A stretch of 50,722 nucleotides of DNA from Candidatus Moraniibacteriota bacterium (GCA_030645735.1 JAUSNP010000004.1:76739-127460); one strand, 5' to 3'; positions 28,952 to 39,236 are shown, counted from the first letter of the stretch. Numbers and translations are program-made. Notes: generated by a model from the letters alone, not told the origin.

Positions 28952-29965
28952 TTAGTTCGGACTCACTTCGCGCCAATTTAAGCTTCTTTGACAGTTTTTG
29001 CTGCCATTTATTATACCTCTGCAATCTGAACAAGTTTCTCCAGTACAAGTTATTGCCTCACAATTAGTTGAAACACAAGCAGGAGCTCTGGAGCCGGTAC
29101 AAGAAGCTGTTGATCCTCCACTTGATCCATTGCATGTCCAAGGATAGCTAGCTCCTTGCGCTGGGAAATTAGTGGCATTGAGAGTTGCGCTAGCTGTTCC
29201 TGTCGCACAAGCAGTATCGGCTCCCCAGCCAGTAGCTGTGGAAGCATAGATGTGATTAGCCGTTCCGCAAGAGCCGTTAACTGGAGTGGCATTGATAATT
29301 ATTGATTTACTACAAGTGCCGGTGCCACCTGGACCAGTCACCGTGATGGTGCAGTTTTCTGTGCCAGCAGACATATTATTGAATGGTAGGCTTCCGCTAG
29401 TGGCAATTGCCACATTAGTTGCTGAAATTGGTCCCGTGCAAGAATACTTAGCGCTAGTCGTATTGGCACTTGTCCAAGTCGCGGTTGTGCTGCCAGGAGC
29501 GGTCAACGGCCCAACGGGAGAAAATGCGAGAGTGCAGGTTGGAGCTGGTGGAGTAGCAACGGTATATGTGACGGAATAATTTACAAAATTAGCTGGCGTA
29601 CATATTCTGCTCCATCCTTGCATAACACAAGTGGGGCTTCCACTTCCCGAAAAGATGGCTGAGTATGTGCCAGCCACACTCGGAGCTGTCATTGTAACTG
29701 ACCCACTTGGATATATGGTGTTATATTTTAATACAGTTGCAGTTGCAATGTTTATAGTTACATCTAGCCTTGGTACATTTGAATTTGAAGGTGTTGTTAC
29801 TGATCCATTAGCTACGATACTCTCACCAGGAGCGTATGTTGATTTATTTAAATTAACAGTATATGTGTTTGGACCAGAAACAAATTGAGCCGCATATGCT
29901 CCGTGTGAAAAAATCATCCCGAAAATAATCAGCACCAAGATTGCAAATAGTTTTGTATTTTTCAT
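28952..29965 (-). CDS. Secreted Cys/Thr/Gly-rich surface protein
   Basis: Signal peptide ending AYA, Ig-like segments, many Cys, C-terminal WREVSPN. Confidence 0.8.
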   Translation of the reverse strand: MKNTKLFAILVLIIFGMIFSHGAYAAQFVSGPNTYTVNLNKSTYAPGESIVANGSVTTPSNSNVPRLDVTINIATATVLKYNTIYPSGSVTMTAPSVAGTYSAIFSGSGSPTCVMQGWSRICTPANFVNYSVTYTVATPPAPTCTLAFSPVGPLTAPGSTTATWTSANTTSAKYSCTGPISATNVAIATSGSLPFNNMSAGTENCTITVTGPGGTGTCSKSIIINATPVNGSCGTANHIYASTATGWGADTACATGTASATLNATNFPAQGASYPWTCNGSSGGSTASCTGSRAPACVSTNCEAITCTGETCSDCRGIINGSKNCQRSLNWREVSPN

Positions 29966-30020
29966 AAAATATTTATTAGAAAGATTTATGTTTATTTTAT
30001 GATTTTATTATACCACATTT

Positions 30021-30120
30021 TCATGAAACATGAAGCATGGAACATGCAACATGTAGCACGAGTCAAAAAAAACCTGCCAAAGCAGGTTGTTTCATGTTAT
30101 ATGTTTCGTGTTATATGACG
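30021..30120. repeat. Inverted 7-bp tandem arrays flanking a terminator hairpin
   Basis: CATGAAA/CATGAAG/CATGGAA/CATGCAA/CATGTAG, then AACCTGC...GCAGGTT, then reverse-oriented units. Confidence 0.75.
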
Positions 30121-30123
30121 TAC

Positions 30124-31056
30124 CTATTTCAACTCAGCCAATCTTTCCTGAAACTTTTCAAAAACCTTTGGACTCTGCGGATTTGGCAAAAACACCAAGG
30201 CTTCATCGGTAGCGATAATCATACTGCCATTTTGCTTGGTTCTGGCGTCATTTAGAATTCTTTGGGTTTGCCATTTTTTCAAACCTTGCTCAATCCAATC
30301 AGCTTTTAGAACTTTTTCTCCAATTTTCCGCAGTGTTTTGGCTAGCCTGCTATCATGTACTAATTTTTCACCTGGAATTGAATGCAAAGCATAGTTTATT
30401 TTATATTTTGCAATCCAAGCATTTTTCCACTGGAATTTTTTAAAGGTCTTATAGCCAAAAATTGGAACTAGAAAAGAATATTCCGAAGCCGAGAAAACAT
30501 CTTTTAGATTTATTTCCAAAGACTTGCTGGTTATAAAATAATTCAAACACACTCGATCTTTGATTTTTTGGCCATAGCGCCGCCTGCCCAACAAATGTAC
30601 CACTAATGTCACTAGGGTTCGACCAGTGAAGATTTTACCTTTTTTCAAAACTACCAAAAAATCCAAATCACTTGCCCGCTCCGTATTCTTCATCGCCAAT
30701 CGCCCTGTCACAGCCACTCCTCGCACGAATGGCACGAACCGCAACCAGAAAACCACCCCTCGCACAATCCGGAATTTCTGCTCAGCAATCTTATTCCGCT
30801 CAATCCGTTGCTCAACCAAATCACGCCTGCCACGCAAAAAATAATAACCCTGAAATTCCTCAGTAAATTTCTGTAGCTTTTCATTTTCCAATTCAGCAAC
30901 AACATTCGTCAAAGAAAATTCATCTTTTGTTAACATGCGTTCATCATTCGTCATTCTCGTCAGGTATTTCCAAATCTCAAAAGCCGTCATCGGATAATCC
31001 ATAACATCATAATACGCCAGTGTGGTTAGTATGTATTTCGAAAGATTGTTGTCCAT
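30124..31056 (-). CDS. Nucleotidyltransferase-fold protein
   Basis: VAVTGRLA...SDLDFLVV, Pol-beta-like G..DxD motif. Confidence 0.7.
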   Translation of the reverse strand: MDNNLSKYILTTLAYYDVMDYPMTAFEIWKYLTRMTNDERMLTKDEFSLTNVVAELENEKLQKFTEEFQGYYFLRGRRDLVEQRIERNKIAEQKFRIVRGVVFWLRFVPFVRGVAVTGRLAMKNTERASDLDFLVVLKKGKIFTGRTLVTLVVHLLGRRRYGQKIKDRVCLNYFITSKSLEINLKDVFSASEYSFLVPIFGYKTFKKFQWKNAWIAKYKINYALHSIPGEKLVHDSRLAKTLRKIGEKVLKADWIEQGLKKWQTQRILNDARTKQNGSMIIATDEALVFLPNPQSPKVFEKFQERLAELK

Positions 31057-31083
31057 TTTTTTAATCTCAATGTAATAGTGAGC

Positions 31084-31110
31084 AGATTCCGGCTCAAGGC
31101 CGGAATGACA
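31084..31110. repeat. ATTCC...GGAATGAC REP-like half element
   Basis: AGATTCCGGCTCAAGGCCGGAATGACA; same family as 39237-39315. Confidence 0.7.
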
Positions 31111-31146
31111 GAGCCGAACTTCAAAAATATTCCGCGCCTTGGCGTT

Positions 31147-31350
31147 AGTGCGTTTCTAAATTCCAGATTATGAGCGTTAAAAAATTTCATACTAGCAATC
31201 CTTTAGCGTTCTTATTGGAATTTTAGCGAACAAGTTGAAAATTTGTCTTGGTATGCAGCTGTGCGGCCTTTTTCTTTTTTGCCACTTTTCTTTTGGGAAA
31301 AGAAAAATGGCGTACTGATTTCTTTGCTGCCAAAGAAAATGGACGCCCTG
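31147..31350 (+). repeat. Chimeric copy of the two structured elements at 46.2-46.6 kb
   Basis: 31147-31229 matches the reverse complement of 46294-46377; 31232-31315 matches 46529-46612 with one mismatch; 31319-31350 matches the reverse complement of 46208-46239. Confidence 0.88.
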
Positions 31351-34200
31351 CTAAATATACTTCGCCGTCCAACTCTTCTTCACATGTTTCAGCTTATCTG
31401 GTGTTCCAGCATAAACAACCTCACCACCTTTGTCACCACCATCTGGTCCGATATCAATCACCCAGTCAGAATTGCGAATCACATCAACATTGTGCTCAAC
31501 CACCAGCACTGAATTGCCCTTATCCACCAGTGCATCTAATACACCTAGGAGTCTTTTTACATCATCAAAATGCAAACCGATGGTTGGTTCATCTAAAATA
31601 TACAAGGTTTTACCAGTTGATTTGCGTGAAAGTTCCGTGGCCAGCTTGATTCTTTGCGCTTCACCGCCGGAAAGATTGGTGGCGCTTTGACCGAGCTTCA
31701 AATAACCCAAACCGACTTGTTCCAAGGTGGAAAGCTTTTCTACAATCAAGGGTGATTTTTTGAAAAAGCGCAAAGCATAGGACACACTCATATCCAAAAC
31801 TTCAGCGATGTTCACACCTTGATACTCAATGTCCAGCGTCTTGGGATTATATCTTGTCCCACCACAAGATTCACATTTCACATACATATCCGGCAACAAG
31901 TGCATTTCAATCTTCTTGGTGCCATCTCCTTGGCAAACTTCGCATCGTCCACCCTTCATATTAAAACTAAAACGACTAGGGGTGTAGGCGCGATTTCTCG
32001 CTTCCTCAGTTGAGGCGAATAAATCCCGAATCAAAGAGAATACACCCGTATAGGTGGCGGCGTTTGATCTTGGCGTTCGCCCAATCGGTGCCTGATTGAT
32101 ACTAATGACCTTGTCCACATTATCTAGGCCTTTGATTTTCTTATGCGCCCCTGGAGTTTCTTTGCAATTGAAAAAATGTCTGGACAGCGCCTTAGCTAAA
32201 ATATCAGAAACTAGAGATGATTTACCAGATCCAGACACGCCCGTGATAGAAACAAACTTGCCTAGCGGGATTTCCACATCAATATTTTTCAGATTATGCT
32301 CCGTGGCGCCAATGATTTCGATTGATTTCTTGTTGCCCTTTCTATAAGTTTTCTTTTCTGACACCTTTTTCTTGCCTATCAAATATTGCGCCGTGGAAGT
32401 TTTTGAATTCAATAGTTTTTTGAAATCGCCTTGAAAAATAACTTCGCCACCTTCTTCGCCAGCGCCTGGCCCCATGTCAATAATCCAATCAGCCTTGCGG
32501 ATGATGTCTTCATCATGTTCGACCACAATCAAAGAATTGCCAGCTTCTTTCAAGAGTTGCATAGTATTGATCAATTTTTCTGTGTCGCGATTGTGCAGTC
32601 CAATGGACGGCTCATCTAAAACATAGGTGATGCCCATCAATTCTGAACCAATCTGAGTGGCCAATCTGATTCTTTGCGCTTCACCGCCAGAAATTGAATT
32701 AGCGCCACGAGAAATTGATAGATATTCCAAGCCAACATTGATCAGCGCCTCAGTTTTCAATTTCATTTCTTTTACTAACGGCGCGGCGATGTCTCGCCTT
32801 GTCCGATCAACTTTCAAATTTGTTTCCACGCTATTCAAAAACGCCATAAATTTTCCAAGATCCACACTCACCACATCATCAATGGACTTGTCATCAATCA
32901 TCACGGCTAAAAATTCATCTTTGAGTCTCTTGCCTTCGCAAGCTGGGCAAACTTTTTCCAACATGTATTTCTCCAAATCACTGCGAACATAGTCGGACGC
33001 CGCTTCTTGGTATTTTTTCTTGATCATTGGAATCACGCCCTCAAAAATCACCCGCACTTCTTTCATTCCGCCCATATCACCTTTTTGTTCAATCAAAATT
33101 TCCTTGCGCTCTGGGCCAAAGAAAATGATATCGATGGCTTCTTTAGATAGTTTTTTCACTGGCGCATCAATAGAAAAACCATATTCCTTGCCTAGCACTT
33201 CCAAAATGTTCATATAATTGCCTTGCCCGCCCAATCGGCCATTGGATTTGCTCCAAGGCAAAATTGCCCCTTCAGATAAAGAGAGATTTTTATTAGGCAT
33301 CACTAGGTCAATATCCACTTCTTTGGTTATGCCTAAACCAGAACAGTGATCGCAAGCCCCTTCCGGGCTATTGAAAGAAAAGTGTCTTGGAGTTATTTCC
33401 GAAATTCGCGTGTGACATTCATGACACACAAAGTCTTTGTTATAAAATCGGTCTTCCTCGCCAATGACCGCTACAATAATTGAGCCATTGCCAACCTTGA
33501 GACCTGTTTCAATTGAATCCACAATTCGCTCTGAATCAGGATTTTTGTGCTTCACCACAATCCGATCAATCACCACTTCAACAGCGCTCTCAAACTGATC
33601 GCTGGCAATTGCAATCGCCTCAGTCACCAACATGATTTTGCCATTGAACCGCACGCGTGCATAACCAATCTGGCTAATACTACGCAAAACCTCTTTAGAA
33701 TTTTTGCTTGTCTCTTTGATTTTGGCCAAAATTGCCACCTGAGTGTTTTCCGGAAAACTCAAAATGTCCTGCAACATTTCTTGGTTGCTTTTTCTCACCA
33801 TTCCCGTTCCGCATTTGGGACAATGGGGTGCGCCAATCTTGGCAAACAAAACACGCAAATAATCATAAATCTCCGTGAGTGTTCCCACAGTTGAACGCGG
33901 AGAACGACTCAGGCTTTTCTGATCAATCGAAATAGTCGGACTCAAGTTTTCAACCTTGTCTACATCCGGCTTAGCCCCCACGTCCAGAAACTGTCGTGCA
34001 TAGGATGACATGCCTTCTAGATATCTACGATTGCCTTCGGCATAAACCACATCAAAAGCCAAGGATGATTTCCCTGAGCCAGAAAGCCCCGTCACCACCA
34101 CCAATTGGTCTCGAGGGATATCAATATCTACATTTTTAAGGTTATTTACCTTAGCTCCACGAATTATGATCTTGTCTCGAACTTTAGAAGATTTATTCAT
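31351..34200 (-). CDS. uvrA: Excinuclease ABC subunit A, second paralogue (949 aa)
   Basis: Two Walker A ([16 protein letters not shown]), zinc fingers, SGGEAQRI twice, LDEP twice. Confidence 0.95.
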   Translation of the reverse strand: MNKSSKVRDKIIIRGAKVNNLKNVDIDIPRDQLVVVTGLSGSGKSSLAFDVVYAEGNRRYLEGMSSYARQFLDVGAKPDVDKVENLSPTISIDQKSLSRSPRSTVGTLTEIYDYLRVLFAKIGAPHCPKCGTGMVRKSNQEMLQDILSFPENTQVAILAKIKETSKNSKEVLRSISQIGYARVRFNGKIMLVTEAIAIASDQFESAVEVVIDRIVVKHKNPDSERIVDSIETGLKVGNGSIIVAVIGEEDRFYNKDFVCHECHTRISEITPRHFSFNSPEGACDHCSGLGITKEVDIDLVMPNKNLSLSEGAILPWSKSNGRLGGQGNYMNILEVLGKEYGFSIDAPVKKLSKEAIDIIFFGPERKEILIEQKGDMGGMKEVRVIFEGVIPMIKKKYQEAASDYVRSDLEKYMLEKVCPACEGKRLKDEFLAVMIDDKSIDDVVSVDLGKFMAFLNSVETNLKVDRTRRDIAAPLVKEMKLKTEALINVGLEYLSISRGANSISGGEAQRIRLATQIGSELMGITYVLDEPSIGLHNRDTEKLINTMQLLKEAGNSLIVVEHDEDIIRKADWIIDMGPGAGEEGGEVIFQGDFKKLLNSKTSTAQYLIGKKKVSEKKTYRKGNKKSIEIIGATEHNLKNIDVEIPLGKFVSITGVSGSGKSSLVSDILAKALSRHFFNCKETPGAHKKIKGLDNVDKVISINQAPIGRTPRSNAATYTGVFSLIRDLFASTEEARNRAYTPSRFSFNMKGGRCEVCQGDGTKKIEMHLLPDMYVKCESCGGTRYNPKTLDIEYQGVNIAEVLDMSVSYALRFFKKSPLIVEKLSTLEQVGLGYLKLGQSATNLSGGEAQRIKLATELSRKSTGKTLYILDEPTIGLHFDDVKRLLGVLDALVDKGNSVLVVEHNVDVIRNSDWVIDIGPDGGDKGGEVVYAGTPDKLKHVKKSWTAKYI

Positions 34201-34275
34201 GTGTATGTAAATATAGTAAGATTTAAACTCTAGTTAAACATTTTAGGGCATTTTCTTGGGTTTGTAAAGGACTAA

Positions 34276-34313
34276 GTAGAGACGAGTCCGCCAGCTGGCG
34301 GACTCGTCTCTAC
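34276..34313. repeat. GTAG-type REP with nested CCGCCAGCTGGCGG core
   Basis: Perfect 38-bp palindrome GTAGAGACGAGTCCGCCAGCTGGCGGACTCGTCTCTAC. Confidence 0.88.
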
Positions 34314-34324
34314 CTGTGAAAAAA

Positions 34325-35737
34325 TCAAATAAATTCGCTTTTACGCACCTTACGATGATATGTTATCGCAAATCGATGCGCTTCATCCATAATAGTCTTG
34401 ATCAAATTCTTATCGTCTAAAATATTTTTAATTTCTTTTGAAAATTTAGTTATTGATAATTCATTGGATCCGCCAGCTGGCGGAGGAAATTGGAAATTGA
34501 GATTTTTACGAGTCTTGCCTTTTGCAACACCGACTATTGGTATAGCAAAACCCAATTTACTCAGAAGATCAGCTGCCATATTGACATGTCCAGCACCACC
34601 ATCTAGCAAAATCAAATCTGGTTGCGTCCAAGCATTGTTGAGTCGTCGCGACAAAACCTCTTGCATCATGGCCACATCATTGGCACCCTCGACAGTTTTG
34701 ATTTTGAATTTGCGATATTCTTTTTTGTTCGGCTCGCCGTTCTCAAAAACCACCATTGATCCCACAGCCTGTTGGCCAGAGATGTTTGAGATGTCATAGG
34801 CTTCGATTCGAAATTTATCTGTGCCCCCGTAGAGACGAGGCAATGCCTCGTCTCTACCGCTTGAAATTAAGGCAACATCTTGAATATGTTGAAGGGCAAA
34901 AATCTTGTTCCTCACCTCCGTCGCTTTCTCAAATTCTTCTTTCTTGGCCAATGCTGACATTTCTTTTTCCATTTTCTTCAACAAGCTTTTTTTCTTGCCC
35001 TCCAAAATCATCTGAATACCTCGAATATTTTTGGCATAATCCGCCTTGGAAATCGCCCCCGCATACGGCCCTGGGCAACGCCCCAATTGAAAATCCAGAC
35101 AACCTTTTTCCGTTTTATTTTTACTCGAATGAAACGGAAAAATCTTCCGTACAATCTTCAATGCGATTTCCATTTGTTTTTTGGAAGTGTATGGACCGAA
35201 CAATCGTGAAACGTGGATCGTGGATCGTGGATCACCTTGCTTTGCGTTCCACGTTTTGCGTTTTGCATTTTGCGTTTTGCGTTCCACGTTTTGCGTTCTA
35301 CGTTTTGCGTCTTCCAGATCTGTTTTTCTCACAATCATCACTTTCGGAAACTCCTCTTTTGTAATCACAAAATACGCATACGACTTGTCATCCTTGCCCA
35401 ACACATTATATTTCGGCTGATGCTTCTTGATCAAATTAGCTTCCAAAATCAACGCCTCCAAAACACTCTCCGTTTCTTGCACCTCAATGTCCGCCACTTG
35501 CGCAATCATCATCTCAATCGGCCTCAAAGAAATCCCTTCATTTCCTCTTCTCCCTTTGGGAGAAGGTGCCCGAAGGGCGGATGAGGGCAAAGCGGAGGCA
35601 AAATACGACCCGACCCGGCTCCTCAAACTCGTCGCCTTGCCCACATATATAATTTTGCCTTTCGCATCACGGAAAATATACACCCCCGGAACTTGAGGTA
35701 AATCCTTTACTTTTTCATTTATATTTGCTACTTTCAT
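34325..35737 (-). CDS. uvrC: Excinuclease ABC subunit C (short, no HhH domain), with four repeat-derived insertions
   Basis: PGVY...YVGKA (GIY-YIG), EALILEANLIK, FGPY, UVR helix, IEAYDISN, PDLILLDGG, DEAHRFAITYHR. Confidence 0.93.
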   Translation of the reverse strand: MKVANINEKVKDLPQVPGVYIFRDAKGKIIYVGKATSLRSRVGSYFASALPSSALRAPSPKGRRGNEGISLRPIEMMIAQVADIEVQETESVLEALILEANLIKKHQPKYNVLGKDDKSYAYFVITKEEFPKVMIVRKTDLEDAKRRTQNVERKTQNAKRKTWNAKQGDPRSTIHVSRLFGPYTSKKQMEIALKIVRKIFPFHSSKNKTEKGCLDFQLGRCPGPYAGAISKADYAKNIRGIQMILEGKKKSLLKKMEKEMSALAKKEEFEKATEVRNKIFALQHIQDVALISSGRDEALPRLYGGTDKFRIEAYDISNISGQQAVGSMVVFENGEPNKKEYRKFKIKTVEGANDVAMMQEVLSRRLNNAWTQPDLILLDGGAGHVNMAADLLSKLGFAIPIVGVAKGKTRKNLNFQFPPPAGGSNELSITKFSKEIKNILDDKNLIKTIMDEAHRFAITYHRKVRKSEFI

Positions 35738-35797
35738 AGTATTAGAATAAACTTATTCAATGTCCTTTTCACTAATATACTTCGAGGAGGTGCACCT

Positions 35798-36109
35798 ATG
35801 GGATTTATCAAAAAGATAGATATGGTAAGCTTTTTTCAAAAACTCGTAAACATTCTGGCTGGAACACCTGAGCAGGATGAAGTTAAAAAAATTATTCAGG
35901 AATTTGAATCTGGGTCATTCACTGCTCGAAATGAGTTTCTACCAAAAATAAATAAGCTCTTTAGAAACTATGACACCCTGAGTTTTTATCCTGATGACAT
36001 CCTCGCATTTAAGAGTCCTGAGGAACTCTATGACACCCTTCGCAGAAAAGCTCAACTGTTCAAGCAAGTTCAGGCACTTGAAGATGAGTGGCAATCCCTC
36101 ATTTCTTAA
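35798..36109 (+). CDS. Hypothetical protein (orphan-like)
   Basis: 103-aa ORF with strong RBS GAGGAGGTG and a downstream terminator. Confidence 0.75.
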   Translation: MGFIKKIDMVSFFQKLVNILAGTPEQDEVKKIIQEFESGSFTARNEFLPKINKLFRNYDTLSFYPDDILAFKSPEELYDTLRRKAQLFKQVQALEDEWQSLIS

Positions 36110-36133
36110 ATGAACTAAATCACCCTTCTATCT

Positions 36134-36169
36134 AGGAGCTTTCCGCCACGCGGACAGCTCCTGTTTTTT
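36134..36169 (+). terminator. Intrinsic terminator
   Basis: AGGAGCT...AGCTCCT followed by a T tract. Confidence 0.6.
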
Positions 36170-36212
36170 ATATTTTTAAAAATCAGTGGAATCATGTGCG
36201 CTCAGGTGCGAA

Positions 36213-39149
36213 TCAGTGGTTCAGATATTCCCTCAAATATTTTGCTGTATAACTTTCTTTGTGATATTGCACAATTTCTTCTGGTGGGCCAGTCACAATC
36301 ACGCGCCCGCCTTGATCGCCACCTTCTGGACCAAGATCAATGATCCAATCAGCCGTTTTGATCACGTCCATGTTATGCTCAATCACAATCACCGTGTTGC
36401 CTGCATCCACCAAGCGATTCAAAACCACTAGCAATTTTTTGATGTCATCAAAATGAAGTCCTGTGGTCGGTTCATCCAGGATATACAAAGTGTCACCCGT
36501 GGCTCGGCGAGATAATTCTGTGGCCAATTTGATGCGTTGCGCTTCACCGCCTGACAAAGTTGTGGCGGCTTGTCCCAAATGGATATAGCCCAAGCCAACA
36601 TCTTCCAACACCGCCAGCTTATCATAGATATCATGGAAACTTTCAAAAAAGTCTTTGGCTTCCGAAACGGTCATAGCCAAAACTTCGGCAATGTTTTTGT
36701 CCTTATATTTCACCTCAAGTGTTTCGCGATTGTACCGTTTGCTTTTGCACACATCACACGGCAAATAGACATCTGGCATAAATTGCATTTCAATCTTGAT
36801 GTAGCCCTCGCCTTGGCAATTGTCACAACGTCCACCTTTCACATTGAAAGAGAATCGCCCAGGACCAAAACCCTTGCTCTTGGAACCGCGTGTGGAAGCG
36901 AACAATTCACGAATCGGTGTGAACAAACCGGTGTACGTCGCCGGATTGGAACGCGGGGTGCGACCAATCGGCGACTGATCAATCATAATAATTTTGTTGA
37001 TATGTTGCACACCCAAAATTTCTGAATGCTTGCCAGCTTTTTCCAAAGAATGCATCAACTTGTTGGACAATGATTTATACAAAATATCTTCTACCAAGGA
37101 TGATTTGCCGGAACCCGACACCCCCGTCACCACCGTCAAAACTTTCAAAGGAAATTCCACTGTCACATTTTTCAAATTGTTTTCCCGCGCGCCCCGCACC
37201 ACCAGCCATTTCTTGTTTTTCACATTGCGCCGCACCGCTGGCACTTCAATTTTCAATTCTCCATTCAAATATTGCGCTGTCAAAGACTTCTTGTTTTTCA
37301 TCACTTCCTCTGGCGTGCCTTGCGCCACAATTTCGCCACCCAAGCGACCGGCTCCTGGACCAATATCCACCAAATAGTCAGCTTCACGCATCGTCTCTTC
37401 ATCATGTTCGATCACAATCAAAGTGTTGCCGATGTCGCGTAACTGCAAAAGTGTTTGTAGCAACTTAGTGTTGTCGCGCGCATGCAAACCAATCGATGGT
37501 TCATCTAGAATATACAAAACGCCCACCAATTGTGAACCGATTTGTGAAGCCAAGCGAATCCGTTGCGCTTCTCCACCCGCCAAAGTGGCGGCTGAGCGTG
37601 ACAAAGTCAAATAGCCCAAACCAACATTTTCCAAAAATCCCAAACGCGCCTGAATTTCTTTCAAGATGCGTCCGGCAATCAATTCTTCCGTCTTGTTGAT
37701 TTTCAAATCTTTGAAAAATTTCAGAGATTCCTCCACGCTCACATCTGACACGCCCGCAATATTTCTCTCTCCCACAGTCACCAACAAAACTTCCGGTTTA
37801 TAGCGTTTGCCTTTGCAAATTGAGCACGGATTTTGTGACATATATTTTTCGATATTGGCCCGCACTGCATCTGATTCAGTTTTGAAATAGCGGTCTTGCA
37901 AAAAGCCCACCACGCCCCGCCAGCTCATCGAAAAAGTCCAAGCTGTGCCAGTCTTGGCGCGAATGCGAATGGCCACTTCTTCTGCTTCTTCTTCCGAAAT
38001 CATGTCCGTGGCGTCTGACGCGCCATACAACAAGCAGTTCAGTTTGCGTTCTGGCAAATCGCGCAAACGCACATTGTCAGAAATATTGAAATGTTTGCAC
38101 ACTGACAACAGCACGCCGCCATAATAATTGTTTTTCTTGAAATTCCACGGCATGAGTCCGCCTTCAGCGATTGTCTTGCTCATGTCCGGCATCACCAACT
38201 CTGGATCGATTTCCTTCTTGGTGCCCAAGCCCTCACAAGCTGGACAGGCGCCATATGGCGAATTGAATGAAAACAATCTTGGCTCCAATGTCGGAAACTC
38301 AATCTCATGCACCGGACATGCCAATTTCTGATTGAAAATGAATTCTTCTTTTTTGTTCCCCCTCGCCCTTTGGGAGAGGGCCGGGGTGAGGGCTCTAACT
38401 CTCACCAATCCTTCCGCCAACTTCAACGCTCTCTCTACATCTTCAAAAATCCGTGACAAATTTTCATCTTGAATTTTCACCACATCAACTACAATATCAA
38501 TACTATGTTTTTTGTATCTTTCCAATTTGATATCCATCGTGCTGGCCAATTCGATTTTTTTCTCATTCACATAGGCCACTGAGAAACCACGCTTAAACAT
38601 CTCTTCTAGCAACGAGGAATATTCACCCTTTCTTTGACGCACCACTGGTGCGATGATTTCGATTTCTTGTCCTTCGCCCCCGCCTCGCGTCGACGAGTGG
38701 TCGTCTCCACGAGTCGAGGCGGGAATCCCAATGATCCGATCGACAATTTCATCCGTTGAAAGTTTGGTGATTTCTCGTCCGCATTCAGGACAATGCGGAA
38801 CGCCGATTTTGGCAAACAGCAAACGCAGATAGTCATGGATTTCCGTGACCGTTCCCACTGTTGAACGTGGATTCTGCGAAGAAGCTTTTTGGGAGATAGA
38901 AATGGCTGGTGACAGCCCTTCGATATAGTCCACATCTGGCTTGTCCATCTGCCCCAAAAACTGCCGCGCATAACTCGACAAACTTTCCAAATATCTTCGT
39001 TGCCCTTCGGCAAAAATTGTATCAAAAGCTAAGGTCGATTTGCCCGACCCTGAAATACCTGTAAAAACAATGAATTTGTCACGTGGAAGCTCCAAATCAA
39101 TGTTTTTCAGGTTATGTTCCCTTGCCCCTTTGATGATTATTTTATCCAT
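36213..39149 (-). CDS. uvrA: Excinuclease ABC subunit A, with two palindrome-derived insertions
   Basis: [25 protein letters not shown], zinc fingers, second ABC domain; start set at MDKIII. Confidence 0.96.
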   Translation of the reverse strand: MDKIIIKGAREHNLKNIDLELPRDKFIVFTGISGSGKSTLAFDTIFAEGQRRYLESLSSYARQFLGQMDKPDVDYIEGLSPAISISQKASSQNPRSTVGTVTEIHDYLRLLFAKIGVPHCPECGREITKLSTDEIVDRIIGIPASTRGDDHSSTRGGGEGQEIEIIAPVVRQRKGEYSSLLEEMFKRGFSVAYVNEKKIELASTMDIKLERYKKHSIDIVVDVVKIQDENLSRIFEDVERALKLAEGLVRVRALTPALSQRARGNKKEEFIFNQKLACPVHEIEFPTLEPRLFSFNSPYGACPACEGLGTKKEIDPELVMPDMSKTIAEGGLMPWNFKKNNYYGGVLLSVCKHFNISDNVRLRDLPERKLNCLLYGASDATDMISEEEAEEVAIRIRAKTGTAWTFSMSWRGVVGFLQDRYFKTESDAVRANIEKYMSQNPCSICKGKRYKPEVLLVTVGERNIAGVSDVSVEESLKFFKDLKINKTEELIAGRILKEIQARLGFLENVGLGYLTLSRSAATLAGGEAQRIRLASQIGSQLVGVLYILDEPSIGLHARDNTKLLQTLLQLRDIGNTLIVIEHDEETMREADYLVDIGPGAGRLGGEIVAQGTPEEVMKNKKSLTAQYLNGELKIEVPAVRRNVKNKKWLVVRGARENNLKNVTVEFPLKVLTVVTGVSGSGKSSLVEDILYKSLSNKLMHSLEKAGKHSEILGVQHINKIIMIDQSPIGRTPRSNPATYTGLFTPIRELFASTRGSKSKGFGPGRFSFNVKGGRCDNCQGEGYIKIEMQFMPDVYLPCDVCKSKRYNRETLEVKYKDKNIAEVLAMTVSEAKDFFESFHDIYDKLAVLEDVGLGYIHLGQAATTLSGGEAQRIKLATELSRRATGDTLYILDEPTTGLHFDDIKKLLVVLNRLVDAGNTVIVIEHNMDVIKTADWIIDLGPEGGDQGGRVIVTGPPEEIVQYHKESYTAKYLREYLNH

Positions 39150-39236
39150 ATTCAATGTTCTTAGTACGACTGATTATACTACGAAATAACATAAAAATCA
39201 ATCAAATAAAAACCGCTATTTTCTAGCAGTTTTTCA

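Noticed and set aside
31243..31649. ORFs 31243-31512, 31248-31649 and 46435-46786, two of which share SWYxAVRPFSFLPLFFWEKKNGV
   Set aside because: The shared peptide is just translation of the repeated DNA element; the ORFs run into uvrA antisense or span the non-coding element.
35203..35310. Tandem arrays as CRISPR or DGR repeats
   Set aside because: Units are 7-10 bp with no spacers; no cas genes, reverse transcriptase or adenine-specific TR/VR pair was seen.
34325..35737. uvrC, recG or uvrA inserts as inteins or signs of pseudogenes
   Set aside because: The inserts are short, lack intein terminal residues, and leave frames and catalytic motifs intact.
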